A DNA stretch of 64,000 nucleotides, from NCBI GenBank assembly GCA_045106855.1, contig JBGCFI010000026.1, positions 40,711 to 104,710 on the forward strand, in the 5' to 3' direction. Position 1 is the stretch's first letter, and every line of letters starts with the position of its first letter. Under the pieces are notes generated by a model. It was given only the letters and a program-made list of their open reading frames with translations. It was not told the DNA's origin and did not search any database. Positions 37,338 through 51,512 of this stretch are shown here, piece after piece. A program made the position numbers and the translations under genes. Source of the stretch: Granulosicoccus sp. GTDB taxonomy: Bacteria; Pseudomonadota; Gammaproteobacteria; Granulosicoccales; Granulosicoccaceae.

Positions 37338-39248
37338 ATGCAGTACCCCAATCACTTTGATGTCATCGTTGTCGGTGGTGGTCATGCAGGTACCGAAGCT
37401 GCGCTGGCCTCTGCGCGTACGGGGGCTGCAACGCTACTGTTGACACATAATATAGACACGCTCGGGCAAATGAGTTGTAACCCGGCGATTGGCGGAATCG
37501 GAAAAGGGCATCTGGTCAAGGAAATTGATGCATTGGGCGGCGCGATGGGTATCGCGGCGGATAAGGCAGGTATTCATTTTCGCACGTTGAATTCGCGCAA
37601 GGGCCCTGCGGTGCGGGCAACACGTGCGCAGGCAGATAGAGTATTGTACCGTTCTGCCATCCGCCAGATACTGGAAAACCAGCCGAATCTCACTATTTTC
37701 CAGCAAGCCGTCGACGATCTGATACTGGATGAAGTATCGACACCCGGCTTTACGCAGGCGCAGGTTTCCGGTGTAGTAACACAGATGGGGGTGCGTTTTT
37801 CGGCACACACCGTCGTCCTTACAGTGGGTACGTTTCTGGCGGGCAAAATTCATGTTGGAGAAGCCAATCAGTCGGCCGGCCGCGCAGGTGATCCGCCGTC
37901 AATGACTCTGGCGTCACGGCTGCGTGAAATGCCGTTCGATACCGGCCGATTGAAAACAGGTACGCCGCCTCGCATCGATGGCCGCTCGATTAATTATGAT
38001 GGATTAAAGCCTCAGCCCGGTGATGAGCCGCGGCCGGTGTTTTCTTACCTGGGTAGCGTGGATGACCATCCACAACAGGTGCATTGTCACATCACGCACA
38101 CCAACGAACGCACACACGACATCATTCGCAATGCCCTGCATCGTTCACCCCTGTTTGCTGGCGATATAGAGGGCGTTGGTCCGCGCTATTGCCCGTCTAT
38201 CGAAGACAAGGTGGTGCGTTTCAGTGACAAGGATTCACACCAGGTTTTCATCGAACCCGAAGGACTTAGCACCCACGAGGTTTACCCGAACGGTATCTCC
38301 ACGAGTTTGCCGTTTGATGTGCAAATCGAGTATGTGCAATCAATCCACGGGTTTGAGAATGCGCACATTACCCGGCCAGGCTACGCGATTGAATACGATT
38401 ATTTCGATCCGCGAGGCCTGCGGGCTTCACTGGAAACCAAATCGGTGGCGGGGCTTTTCTTCGCCGGTCAGATCAATGGCACCACGGGGTATGAAGAAGC
38501 CGGTGCACAAGGACTTATCGCCGGGCTTAATGCTGCCCGTCAGGTTGCATCGCTTGAGCCCTGGACGCCGAGGCGAGATGAAGCTTACATTGGTGTTCTT
38601 ATAGATGATCTGATTACGCGCGGTACCCGTGAACCTTATCGGATGTTCACCAGCCGGGCGGAATACCGCCTGTTGCTGCGAGAGGACAACGCTGATTTAC
38701 GGCTAACAGAGCTTGGCAGACAGATGCATCTTGTCGATGATGCCCGCTGGCAGGCATTCAGCGAAAAGCGAGAGGCCATCAGCCAGCTGAAAGAGCGCAT
38801 CCATTGCCTGTGGATTCGGCCCGGCACGGCTGAGGCCAGTCAGCTGCATACCGCGACAGGCATGACGTTCGAGCGCGAAAAACGATTTACCGATTTGCTG
38901 AAAATGCCAGAAATACGCTTGAGCCAACTGCTGGAGATTGTTGAACCGGATACGCAGAACGAGGCAGGCGCTGTTGTCGAGCAAGTTGAAATTCAGGGCA
39001 AGTACGCAGGCTATCTTGATCGTCAAAGGGCTGATATCGACAAGACAATGTCGCAACAGGAAATTGCGTTGCCCGATACGCTGGATTATTCCGCGGTGAC
39101 CGGCCTGTCCAACGAAGTCAGGCAGAAGTTCAGCGAGCATCGGCCGGGAACGATCGGGCAGGCATCGCGAATTTCAGGGGTTACGCCTGCGGCCATTTCT
39201 TTGCTGCTGGTGCACCTGAAAAAGCACTCATACAAGATGAGCGCTTAG
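37338..39248 (+). CDS. mnmG: tRNA uridine 5-carboxymethylaminomethyl modification enzyme MnmG (GidA)
   Basis: ATG 37338 gives [27 protein letters not shown] (FAD fold). The track ORF start 37254 adds 28 non-homologous codons. Confidence 0.97.
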   Translation: MQYPNHFDVIVVGGGHAGTEAALASARTGAATLLLTHNIDTLGQMSCNPAIGGIGKGHLVKEIDALGGAMGIAADKAGIHFRTLNSRKGPAVRATRAQADRVLYRSAIRQILENQPNLTIFQQAVDDLILDEVSTPGFTQAQVSGVVTQMGVRFSAHTVVLTVGTFLAGKIHVGEANQSAGRAGDPPSMTLASRLREMPFDTGRLKTGTPPRIDGRSINYDGLKPQPGDEPRPVFSYLGSVDDHPQQVHCHITHTNERTHDIIRNALHRSPLFAGDIEGVGPRYCPSIEDKVVRFSDKDSHQVFIEPEGLSTHEVYPNGISTSLPFDVQIEYVQSIHGFENAHITRPGYAIEYDYFDPRGLRASLETKSVAGLFFAGQINGTTGYEEAGAQGLIAGLNAARQVASLEPWTPRRDEAYIGVLIDDLITRGTREPYRMFTSRAEYRLLLREDNADLRLTELGRQMHLVDDARWQAFSEKREAISQLKERIHCLWIRPGTAEASQLHTATGMTFEREKRFTDLLKMPEIRLSQLLEIVEPDTQNEAGAVVEQVEIQGKYAGYLDRQRADIDKTMSQQEIALPDTLDYSAVTGLSNEVRQKFSEHRPGTIGQASRISGVTPAAISLLLVHLKKHSYKMSA

Positions 39249-39917
39249 TTGTTGCCACAATCTACTGAGCTGGAGTCTGCACTGGCAGCAGGGCTTGCAC
39301 ATCTGGCTGAGCAACATGGCGTACAGATTCCGGAAGAGTCACAGAGTGATCTTCTGCAATATGTTGCTTTGCTGACTAAATGGAATCGGGTCTACAACCT
39401 GACGGCTGTGCGCGAACCCGTTGCGATGGTTGAGCGTCATTTACTCGACAGCCTGGTGCTGTGTCGGTGGTTGCCTGACGTCTCCAATGCTGACAAACAT
39501 CGCCCGGATGTTATGGATATAGGCAGCGGTGCAGGCTTACCCGTATTGCCACTGGCCATTGTCAGGCCTGATCTGACATTTGCCTCGATTGAATCCAACG
39601 GCAAGAAAGCACGTTTTCAGCAGCAAGTAATGGTCGAGCTCGGGATCGACAATGTCACGATTTGTCATCAACGTGTGCAAGACGTCCTCTTGCAGGCAGA
39701 TTTCGTTACCTCCAGAGCATTTACAGCGCCCGGTGATTTTTTGACAATCGCCGAGGCTCGGTGCACCGAGCACGCACAGGTAGCGGTGATGCTGGCGCAT
39801 AGCGATACCCTGCCTGACCCCTTTCCAGAGGCGTTTTCGCTGCAGGAACTTGTACCAGTAGACATACCGGGCAATTCTGCACCCCGTCATATCGCGATGT
39901 GTCGTCGTAACCCATAG
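39249..39917 (+). CDS. rsmG: 16S rRNA (guanine527-N7)-methyltransferase RsmG (GidB)
   Basis: 222 aa with LLTKWNRVYNLTAVREP and the SAM motif MDIGSGAGLP. TTG start directly after the mnmG stop. Confidence 0.93.
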   Translation: MLPQSTELESALAAGLAHLAEQHGVQIPEESQSDLLQYVALLTKWNRVYNLTAVREPVAMVERHLLDSLVLCRWLPDVSNADKHRPDVMDIGSGAGLPVLPLAIVRPDLTFASIESNGKKARFQQQVMVELGIDNVTICHQRVQDVLLQADFVTSRAFTAPGDFLTIAEARCTEHAQVAVMLAHSDTLPDPFPEAFSLQELVPVDIPGNSAPRHIAMCRRNP

Positions 39918-39951
39918 TTATGGGTTGCCGTTATGGATTACACTTGAAGCC

Positions 39952-40986
39952 ATGAGCCGTATCATTGCCATAGCCAACCAGAAAGGCGGGGTGGGGAAGA
40001 CGACCACCACGGTCAATCTGTCCGCTGCCCTTGCCAGCATGCACAAACGTGTGCTGTTGATCGACCTTGACCCGCAAGGTAATGCAACCATGGGTTGCGG
40101 AATCGACAAACACGATGTCGAAAAGGGAATTTTCGATGTACTGGTCGATGGCATGTCGGTTGACGAGGCCAGTGTGAAAGCCGCTGAAAACGGTTGCGAT
40201 GTCCTGTCAGCCAACAGTGATCTTACGGCTGCGGAAGTCGAGCTGATGAGCATGGATCAGCGTGAACAACGTTTGCATCAGGCACTAGGCGTGGTTCGGG
40301 ACAACTATGATTTCATCCTGATAGATTGTCCGCCTTCGCTGAATATTCTTACATTGAACGCGTTTGTCGCCGCGGATAGCGTGCTGGTGCCTGTTCAGTG
40401 CGAGTACTACGCTCTGGAAGGTTTGTCAGCATTGCTCGAAACCATTGAAGGGGTGCGCGAATCTGTTAATCCGGACATTGCCATTGAAGGACTGTTGCGC
40501 ACCATGTATGACGGGCGTAACAAGCTCGGAATCGAGGTATCCGCGCAACTGATAGAGCATTTTGGCGATCAGGTGTTTCGTACGGTAGTACCGCGTAATG
40601 TCCGGCTGGCTGAAGCGCCGAGTCATGGTATTTCCATCATGGAGTACGACCGCACATCGCGAGGAGCCTTGGCTTATCTGGCGCTGGCGGGCGAAATCGT
40701 CAGGCAACGTGCTCGCGCCAGCGCATCGCAAGGAGTGGCTGCCGTGGCTGTGTCTGAACAAACCGCACCGCCGGCTGCCGCGGACAACACAGATGCAACA
40801 TCCGTCAGTCAGCCCACCCCGGCCGATGTAGACCTTGGCGACCCACACCCGGTTACCCATAACGGCAATACAACAACCACAGAACCGGCATCGGAAGGCA
40901 CAGAGCCTGTTGCCGATGCCTCTCCTGAACATTCAGATCAACCAGCGGAGCCCCGCGTGAGCGATACCGAACCTGTCAATGGCTAA
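39952..40986 (+). CDS. parA: Chromosome partitioning ATPase ParA/Soj with about 90-aa low-complexity C-terminal tail
   Basis: ATG 39952 gives MSRIIAIANQKGGVGKTTTTVNL (deviant Walker A). The ATPase core ends near ..LAGEIVRQ, followed by an Ala/Thr/Pro/Glu/Asp-rich tail to 40986. Confidence 0.95.
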   Translation: MSRIIAIANQKGGVGKTTTTVNLSAALASMHKRVLLIDLDPQGNATMGCGIDKHDVEKGIFDVLVDGMSVDEASVKAAENGCDVLSANSDLTAAEVELMSMDQREQRLHQALGVVRDNYDFILIDCPPSLNILTLNAFVAADSVLVPVQCEYYALEGLSALLETIEGVRESVNPDIAIEGLLRTMYDGRNKLGIEVSAQLIEHFGDQVFRTVVPRNVRLAEAPSHGISIMEYDRTSRGALAYLALAGEIVRQRARASASQGVAAVAVSEQTAPPAAADNTDATSVSQPTPADVDLGDPHPVTHNGNTTTTEPASEGTEPVADASPEHSDQPAEPRVSDTEPVNG

Positions 40987-42115
40987 ACGACCTCGTATGG
41001 GCCGTAACCTCAACGCACTGCTTGGCAGCGCCGCGAGAGAGCGTACTAATAGCAACTCCGACAATTCGGACAACGCGGTAGAACCGGCTGAGCAGAGCGC
41101 CGCTGAAGCCGACAAGGTTGCAACGCCAGAGATCGCGCCTGACGCGCAAAGCGTTAAAGAGGCGAGCGCTGAAGCCGCCTCGAAAAAAGCTGGCGGTACC
41201 ATCGAAGACGGCCGGAAAACCCAGTCATCCGAGTCAGACACAGCCGCAAAGGAAACTTCAGCAACACCTGCTGGCCCCGTCAGTATCGACACGGCGGCTG
41301 AAGAGACTGCAACGGTGGTCGGTAATGCTTCGGGTGAACGTCTGATCATGCTCGGGGTAGAAAAAATCAGGCGAGGCACCTACCAGCCGCGTCGTTTGTT
41401 TGATCAGGAGCTGTTGCAGGAGTTGGCTGACTCCATAAAAGCTGAAGGCATGATTCAGCCGATCATTGTCCGTCCATTCGCCGATGGTTATGAGCTGGTG
41501 GCCGGAGAGCGGCGTTGGCGCGCCTCCCAGCTTGCGGGTATTGATCGGATACCGGCTATTGTTCGCGATATGGAAGATCGCTCCGTAGCAGCGGTGTCGG
41601 TCATTGAGAACATCCAGCGCAAGGATCTGAACCCGTTGGAAGAAGCCGCAGCCTTTCAGCGGCTTTGCGATGAATTCGGTATGACGCACAAGGCGGTCGC
41701 TGAAGCCGTCGGTCGATCGCGCGCCTCGGTGACCAATCTGATGAGATTGCTCGAATTGCATGACGAGGTTAAGGTCATGGTCGATAAGGGCGAGCTGGAA
41801 ATGGGCCATGCCAGGGCGTTACTTGGTGCTCCAAGAACCCATCAGCCCGAGATCGCCCGGCGAATTGTCAAACAGGGCCTGACAGTTCGGGCGGTAGAAA
41901 AATATGTCAGATCGCTCGATGCTGACGGAAACGAAGTGCCCGCGCCGGTTTCCGGCAGCGTGACCGATCCCGATATTGAACGCCTGAGCAAGAAGCTGGG
42001 TGAAAAACTGGGTGCGCAGGTGCAGATATCACATAAGGGTAACGGTACGGGCAAACTTCAGATCAGCTATTCGTCGGTCAGTGAGCTGCAGGGAATACTC
42101 GCTCACATCAAGTAA
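40979..42115 (+). CDS. parB: Chromosome partitioning protein ParB/Spo0J with about 100-aa low-complexity insert after the N-terminal ParA-interaction motif
   Basis: 378 aa with N-terminal GRNLNALLG, ParB box GERRWRAS, the HTH region and the C-terminal dimerisation region. The start overlaps the parA 3' end by 8 nt. Confidence 0.95.
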   Translation: MAKRPRMGRNLNALLGSAARERTNSNSDNSDNAVEPAEQSAAEADKVATPEIAPDAQSVKEASAEAASKKAGGTIEDGRKTQSSESDTAAKETSATPAGPVSIDTAAEETATVVGNASGERLIMLGVEKIRRGTYQPRRLFDQELLQELADSIKAEGMIQPIIVRPFADGYELVAGERRWRASQLAGIDRIPAIVRDMEDRSVAAVSVIENIQRKDLNPLEEAAAFQRLCDEFGMTHKAVAEAVGRSRASVTNLMRLLELHDEVKVMVDKGELEMGHARALLGAPRTHQPEIARRIVKQGLTVRAVEKYVRSLDADGNEVPAPVSGSVTDPDIERLSKKLGEKLGAQVQISHKGNGTGKLQISYSSVSELQGILAHIK

Positions 42116-42413
42116 GGCTGCGCGTTGCTGTTTGCGGGTAGACAACCCGTGGCAAGTGACTGATTCTGCCGAGAATTATGCTTTGCTTTCAAAGAGTGTG
42201 CATTTTATTGCCGCATTTATTTCGCCTGAATATTCGCATTCTGAGCTTTTTCCGGTGCAGGCGTCAAAGGGCTTGTGATTACCTACTGCTCAATATTTGA
42301 TCCGTTTGAGCACGTACAGCGAAAAAACGCTGGTATACTTCCGCTGCTTCAAGCCGGTCAAGCAATTTTTAGTTGGTCGGCTATCCTAATTATTCTTCGA
42401 TTCTGACCTCGTC

Positions 42414-42803
42414 ATGCGACAGGCCGAACAACGGTTGCGTGTTATCAGGCTGTTGCTCATCTGGCAATTTGTCGGTGCACTGGCAGCAGGTCTGGTGGGA
42501 GGATTGTGGGGATTGAGTGCTGCGTTGGGTGCATTGGCGGGTGGCATCATTGTCTGGCTTCCAAATTGCTACTTCGCGTTCAGAGCATTCAGGCACCGTG
42601 GCGCTCGCGCGGCACGGCTGATCGTTCGTTCGTTCTACGCTGGTGTTACAGGTAAGATTTTCCTGACCGCCAGTTTGTTTGTTGTTGTTTTCATCAATCT
42701 GAAACCACTTAACGCTCCCGCGATATTTGCCGGGTTCATAGCGGTCCAGATGTTGAACTGGATTGTGCCACTACTGGCATCAAGACAGAAAAAAGCACTA
42801 TAG
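42414..42803 (+). CDS. atpI: F0F1 ATP synthase protein I
   Basis: 129 aa, hydrophobic and basic. First gene of the atp operon. Confidence 0.8.
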   Translation: MRQAEQRLRVIRLLLIWQFVGALAAGLVGGLWGLSAALGALAGGIIVWLPNCYFAFRAFRHRGARAARLIVRSFYAGVTGKIFLTASLFVVVFINLKPLNAPAIFAGFIAVQMLNWIVPLLASRQKKAL

Positions 42804-42958
42804 CGCCAGACCATGGCAGGTCCAGGCACTTCAGGAAAGAAATATTAAGGACGAGCAGCACCAGGGAGTTTTGGGAATAACCTTTGTTCCATGAATTTCC
42901 TGTCAATCGAGTTGTAGTGGAAGGCATCAGCAGCCGTTACAGGCTCCAGTCAAGCTAA

Positions 42959-43825
<867 letters not shown>

Positions 43826-43831
43826 TTTTAG

Positions 43832-44149
<318 letters not shown>

Positions 44150-44180
44150 TCGGGCTGTCGACTAACGGGAGGCAAGGCAT

Positions 44181-44651
44181 ATGAACCTTAACCTGACATT
44201 ACTGGGCCAGGCTATCTCGTTTGCTGTGTTCGTCTTCTTTTGCATGAAGTATGTATGGCCGCCAATTATCAACGGCTTGCGTGACCGACAGGCACTGATA
44301 GCCGGCGGTCTGGCTGATGCTGAGAAGAGTTCACAGAAACGCGAGGAAGCAGAAGCAGAAATTGCTACGATGCTGCAAGACGCCAAAGCCCAAGCGGCAG
44401 AGATCGTTGCGCAAGCGCAGAAACGTGGCAATGAGATCGTCGAATCGTCCAAGGATGCCGCGCGCACCGAAGGTGATAGGCTTAAGCAGAGTGCTCAGGC
44501 AGAGATTGATCAAGAGGTGGTCGGTGCACGAGAGGGTCTGCGCAAGCAGGTTGGCTCGCTAGCTGTTGAGGGTGCCAGACGCATTCTTGGAAGCGAAATC
44601 GACCAGAACAAGCACAACGCGGTCATAGACGACCTCGTCAAGCAACTCTAG
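44181..44651 (+). CDS. atpF: F0F1 ATP synthase subunit b
   Basis: 156 aa with a single N-terminal TM helix and a charged coiled coil. Operon position supports the call. Confidence 0.95.
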   Translation: MNLNLTLLGQAISFAVFVFFCMKYVWPPIINGLRDRQALIAGGLADAEKSSQKREEAEAEIATMLQDAKAQAAEIVAQAQKRGNEIVESSKDAARTEGDRLKQSAQAEIDQEVVGAREGLRKQVGSLAVEGARRILGSEIDQNKHNAVIDDLVKQL

Positions 44652-44740
44652 ATTGGCGTCTTCAGCCGCAGGTAGCGAGTAACGAAACCCGGTATTTTCC
44701 GGGTGATAAACACACCGGCAACGACAGGCAGGTAGTCAAA

Positions 44741-45274
44741 ATGGCATCCGAATCTACAACAGCAAGACCCTATGCGCGAGCCATTTTCGAGCTCGCCTCC
44801 GAGCGGGGTGGATATGATCAATGGTCCAGTCGTCTGGCTTACTGGTCTGCTGTGGTGCAGGATGAATCCATTCGAACCAGACTGGCGGAGCCGGGCGTAA
44901 CAGCCCAGGCCAAGGCCGATCTCATCGCCAAGGTGTCTGATGGCCTTGATGATGACAGCCTCAGCCTGCTCAAGTTGCTCGCTGAGAACGATCGTCTGAC
45001 GGCTCTACCTGATATGCACACGCAGTTCGAACAATTGCGACGTGATGCTGAAGGCGAGGTCGAGGCACATGTCGTCAGTGCCTTCGCACTGACTGATGAA
45101 CAGTCAGCGCGCATCGTTGAAGCACTGGGCAAACGGCTGTCACGCAAAGTCAAGATAACCAGTGAAGTTGATAGCGATCTTATCGGCGGTGCGATTATCC
45201 GCGCAGGCGATCTGGTCATTGACGGCTCTATACGCGGACGTCTTTCAGGGCTGGAACAATCCGTCGCCAGATGA
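44741..45274 (+). CDS. atpH: F0F1 ATP synthase subunit delta
   Basis: 177 aa starting TTARPYARAIFELA and ending GGAIIRAGDLVIDGSIRGRL. Confidence 0.95.
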   Translation: MASESTTARPYARAIFELASERGGYDQWSSRLAYWSAVVQDESIRTRLAEPGVTAQAKADLIAKVSDGLDDDSLSLLKLLAENDRLTALPDMHTQFEQLRRDAEGEVEAHVVSAFALTDEQSARIVEALGKRLSRKVKITSEVDSDLIGGAIIRAGDLVIDGSIRGRLSGLEQSVAR

Positions 45275-45351
45275 TGTGCATGACAGCAGCTTCACGGCCT
45301 GTCCACTCACGCTGACCCGACATTACAGATTTCAAGAGACTACATATACCC

Positions 45352-46896
45352 ATGCAACAACTGAATCCATCCGAGATCAGTGACCTGATCCGAGAGAAAA
45401 TCGGTGGTACTGATACCTCTGCCAATGTGCGAACAGAAGGCACTATCGTAAGCCTTAACGACGGTATCGTGAAAATTCACGGCCTTGACGACGCCCTGTC
45501 AGGCGAGATGATCGCTTTTGAAGACGGACTTTTCGGGCTGGCACTTAACCTTGAGCGCGATTCGGTCGGCGCGGTTGTTCTCGGTAGTTACGAGAACCTC
45601 TCAGAAGGCGATAAGGTCCGCTGTACGGGTAAGGTTCTGGAAGTACCGGTAGGACCGGAACTACTGGGCCGTGTAGTCAACGCTCTGGGTGAGCCGATTG
45701 ATGGCAAAGGGCCCATCAATGCGACCATGACAGCACCTATCGAAAAAGTGGCACCGGGTGTTATCGACCGGCAGTCAGTCGATGAGCCGGTACAAACAGG
45801 CTTGAAAGCGATTGATGCGATGGTGCCAGTCGGACGAGGTCAGCGAGAGTTGATCATCGGTGACAGACAGACAGGTAAGACGGCTGTTGCTATCGACGCC
45901 ATCATTAACCAGAAAGGCACAGGTATCAAATGTGTCTACGTCGCCATTGGTCAGAAACAATCCACCATTGCCAACGTTGTGACCAAGCTGGAAGAGCACG
46001 GTGCTCTGGAAAACACCATTATCGTTGCTGCGGGTGCTGCAGATTCTGCTGCCATGCAATTCGTTGCGCCTTATGCCGGTTGTTCAATGGGCGAGTACTT
46101 CCGTGATCGTGGCGAAGACGCTCTTATTGTCTATGATGATCTCACCAAGCAAGCGTGGGCATACCGCCAGGTATCACTGCTGCTGCGTCGTCCACCGGGT
46201 CGTGAAGCCTATCCGGGTGATGTTTTCTATCTTCATTCACGTCTGCTTGAGCGTGCATCACGCGTCAACGCCAACTACGTGGAAAAATTCACCAACGGTG
46301 AAGTCAAGGGCAAAACCGGTTCACTGACCGCGTTGCCTATTATCGAAACACAAGCGGGTGACGTATCGGCGTTCGTACCGACCAACGTTATCTCCATCAC
46401 CGACGGCCAGATATTCCTCGAAACCGATCTGTTCAACGCAGGTATCCGACCAGCGATCAATGCGGGTTTGTCAGTCTCTCGAGTTGGTGGCGCTGCACAA
46501 ACCAAGATCATCAAGAAACTCGGTGGTGGTGTGCGACTGGCATTGGCACAGTATCGCGAACTGGCAGCTTTTGCCCAGTTTGCCTCTGACCTTGATGAAA
46601 CCACTCGAAAGCAGCTTGAGCGCGGTCAGCGTGTTACCGAACTCATGAAACAGAAGCAATATGCTCCTCTATCAATTGGCGAGATGGGTGTTTCTCTGTT
46701 TGCTGCGAACGAGGGTTTCATCGATGATGTGCCGGTAAACAAGGTCGTGGATTTCGAAGCATCAATGCACGACTACTTCCGTAGCAATCATCAGGATATC
46801 CTTGACCAGGTTGATGAGTCCGGTGACTGGAACGATAATATCCAGGCGTCGTTCAAGAAGGGCCTGGAAGCGTTCAAGGCCAACGGAAGCTGGTAA
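45352..46896 (+). CDS. atpA: F0F1 ATP synthase subunit alpha
   Basis: 514 aa with the P-loop GDRQTGKTA. Confidence 0.98.
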   Translation: MQQLNPSEISDLIREKIGGTDTSANVRTEGTIVSLNDGIVKIHGLDDALSGEMIAFEDGLFGLALNLERDSVGAVVLGSYENLSEGDKVRCTGKVLEVPVGPELLGRVVNALGEPIDGKGPINATMTAPIEKVAPGVIDRQSVDEPVQTGLKAIDAMVPVGRGQRELIIGDRQTGKTAVAIDAIINQKGTGIKCVYVAIGQKQSTIANVVTKLEEHGALENTIIVAAGAADSAAMQFVAPYAGCSMGEYFRDRGEDALIVYDDLTKQAWAYRQVSLLLRRPPGREAYPGDVFYLHSRLLERASRVNANYVEKFTNGEVKGKTGSLTALPIIETQAGDVSAFVPTNVISITDGQIFLETDLFNAGIRPAINAGLSVSRVGGAAQTKIIKKLGGGVRLALAQYRELAAFAQFASDLDETTRKQLERGQRVTELMKQKQYAPLSIGEMGVSLFAANEGFIDDVPVNKVVDFEASMHDYFRSNHQDILDQVDESGDWNDNIQASFKKGLEAFKANGSW

Positions 46897-46902
46897 GCGC
46901 TC

Positions 46903-49184
<2,282 letters not shown>

Positions 49185-49186
49185 TC

Positions 49187-49606
49187 ATGGCTGCCTCTCT
49201 CAAAGTTGAGATCGTCAGTGCCGAGAACGAGATCTATAGCGGTGATGCTTCTATGGTTATCGCTTCGGCACAGATGGGTGAGGTGGGTATCGCTCCGGGA
49301 CATACGCCGTTTATCACGCGTATCAAGCCGGGTGAAGTTCATGTCCGCCCCGCCACAGACGGCGAGCCTCTGGATATCTATGTATCCGGTGGATTGCTTG
49401 AGGTTCAGCCCTTTGCGGTAACAATACTGGCAGATACGGTATTACGTGCTGATGACATTGATGAAGCGGCCGCTCAAAAGGCCAAAGATGAAGCGGAAGC
49501 AGCGCTGGCCGGTGGTAAGGCTGGTGAAATTGATTTTGCCGCTGTTCAGGCGCAGCTAGCGGAAGCCGCAGCGCAACTGGAATTCATCAAGAAACTAAAA
49601 AAATAG
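49187..49606 (+). CDS. atpC: F0F1 ATP synthase subunit epsilon
   Basis: 139 aa starting LKVEIVSAENEIYSG. Last gene of the operon. Confidence 0.95.
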   Translation: MAASLKVEIVSAENEIYSGDASMVIASAQMGEVGIAPGHTPFITRIKPGEVHVRPATDGEPLDIYVSGGLLEVQPFAVTILADTVLRADDIDEAAAQKAKDEAEAALAGGKAGEIDFAAVQAQLAEAAAQLEFIKKLKK

Positions 49607-49622
49607 TAAATGCGGCGAACGG

Positions 49623-49650
49623 GAAGGCCAGCGCAATGCTGGCTTTCTTC
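49623..49650 (+). terminator. Intrinsic terminator of the atp operon
   Basis: Stem gaaggccagc (49623-49632) / gctggctttc (49638-49647) with one G-U pair, loop gcaat, running into TTTCTTC. Confidence 0.7.
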
Positions 49651-50072
49651 GCCTGCGTGTCCCGCCAGGGTGAAAATCACGTCCTGATGCTTTTTCGAAC
49701 AAACGGTACCGTATTAAAACAGGTCAGAATTGTTCAAGACTCCACTAGAAAAATCGACTTGAAGTGAGTGCGTGCATCGGCTGTTCGCAAACTCAGTGGC
49801 AGCGTTGCCCAGATTGGCAAACTCATTGCTGTTCCTGTAAATCAATAGACCATCAGTCGCTGCGAGCGACGCGTCTGACAAAACCTTGACTCTGGATAGC
49901 ATCAAGCAGGCTAATCCTCATGAAACAGGCAGGCCTGACCGCCATGCTGACAGGTTGCGAGTTTTCAGACTTTTCCTCGCTGATTCATAGCCTGATGAAT
50001 TTGAACCAGGCAGTGCTCACAGAATCTTTTGGCTCATGTGATAATGCGCCGAATTTACGTTAAGGACATCAC

Positions 50073-51440
50073 ATGGCCACTCGTTTGATCGTACTGGCTG
50101 CAGGCAAAGGTACACGCATGAAGTCTGCGATACCTAAGGTGCTGCATCCATTGGCAGGTAAACCGCTGCTGGCTCACGTGCTGGATACGGTAGCCGGGTT
50201 AAATCCGGCAGGTATTACGGTCGTTATCGGGCACGGTGCCGAGCAGGTCAAACAGAGCTTGTCGGACAGGACTGATCTTGCGCTGAACTGGGCGATCCAG
50301 GAACAGCAGCTGGGCACCGGACATGCGGTTCAGCAAGGCCTGGAGGGCATAGCTGACGACGATGATGTACTGATTACCTATGGCGATGTTCCTTTAACCC
50401 GTGGCAGCACCTATCAGGCATTACTGGATGCATGTAATGAACAGAGTATCGGCTTATTGACGCTGATGATGGATGATCCGACAGGTTATGGCCGGATAAT
50501 CCGTGACGGTGGTGCCATCGTAGGTGTTGTTGAACAAAAAGATGCCACTGTCGATCAACTGACTATTTCCGAAGTCAATGCTGGCGTTGTTGCCATCAAG
50601 GGAGTTAGTTTGCGTTCCCTGCTCAGTCGTCTGGATAACAACAATGCCCAGGGTGAGTACTATCTGACGGATATTCATAAACTGGCCGTTAAGGATGGTT
50701 TAAGCATCACAGCGGTTCATCCGACGGATGCCTGGGAGACCGATGGTGTTAACAGTCGATCACAGCTTGCACGTCTTGAACGGATTCACCAGCATTACCT
50801 GGCTGAGCAACTCATGGACTCCGGCGTCACCCTGGCCGACCCTGCGCGCATTGATATACGAGGCGTACTAAAAACCGGGACGGACGTAAGCATCGATGTT
50901 AATTGTATTTTTGAAGGCGATTGCACGATAGGGAACAATGTCTCTATCGGTCCCAATTGCCTGATATCGGGCAGCCGAATTGCTGACAACAGCGTTGTGC
51001 TGGCAAACTGCGTGCTTGATGATGCTGTTGTTGGTGAGAAAACCACGGTAGGTCCATTTGCGCGTTTACGGCCCGGCACTAATCTGGGCAAGAGCGTCCG
51101 TATCGGTAATTTTGTTGAAACCAAGAATGCAAATATTGGCAACTCCAGCAAGGTTAACCACTTGAGCTATGTCGGCGATTCTGTCGTTGGCACAAACGTC
51201 AATATCGGTGCCGGTACTATCACTTGTAACTATGATGGCGCGAATAAACATCAAACAACAATCGAAGACGATGTGTTTGTCGGTTCCAATTCAGCGCTGG
51301 TGGCACCTGTCACGATAAGCGCCGGCGCGACGGTGGGAGCGGGCTCGACTATCGGCCGTGATGTACCGAAGGATAGCTTGTCGTTGACACGTGCAAAGCA
51401 GATCGATCTTGAGCATTGGACCCGACCAGTCAAGAAATAA
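50073..51440 (+). CDS. glmU: Bifunctional UDP-N-acetylglucosamine pyrophosphorylase / glucosamine-1-phosphate N-acetyltransferase
   Basis: 455 aa with LAAGKGTRMKS and C-terminal hexapeptide repeats. Confidence 0.97.
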   Translation: MATRLIVLAAGKGTRMKSAIPKVLHPLAGKPLLAHVLDTVAGLNPAGITVVIGHGAEQVKQSLSDRTDLALNWAIQEQQLGTGHAVQQGLEGIADDDDVLITYGDVPLTRGSTYQALLDACNEQSIGLLTLMMDDPTGYGRIIRDGGAIVGVVEQKDATVDQLTISEVNAGVVAIKGVSLRSLLSRLDNNNAQGEYYLTDIHKLAVKDGLSITAVHPTDAWETDGVNSRSQLARLERIHQHYLAEQLMDSGVTLADPARIDIRGVLKTGTDVSIDVNCIFEGDCTIGNNVSIGPNCLISGSRIADNSVVLANCVLDDAVVGEKTTVGPFARLRPGTNLGKSVRIGNFVETKNANIGNSSKVNHLSYVGDSVVGTNVNIGAGTITCNYDGANKHQTTIEDDVFVGSNSALVAPVTISAGATVGAGSTIGRDVPKDSLSLTRAKQIDLEHWTRPVKK

Positions 51441-51512
51441 TCATTCACTAACATTGATGTAGTTACAGCAGCGATCAATTAAAAATGCTGTCAACCCTGA
51501 GACGATGACCTG

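Noticed and set aside
40933-41809. Minus-strand ORFs 40933-41379 and 41258-41809 antisense to parB
   Set aside because: They are antisense shadows of a well-supported parB gene and its low-complexity, GC-biased region.
49920-50063. 47-codon plus-strand ORF (MKQAGLTAMLTGCEF...) between atpC and glmU, and the 63-aa minus ORF 49714-49905
   Set aside because: There is no convincing ribosome-binding site, the lipobox-like LTGC follows too short a signal, and no motif is recognisable. The 466-bp spacer more likely holds the glmU promoter.
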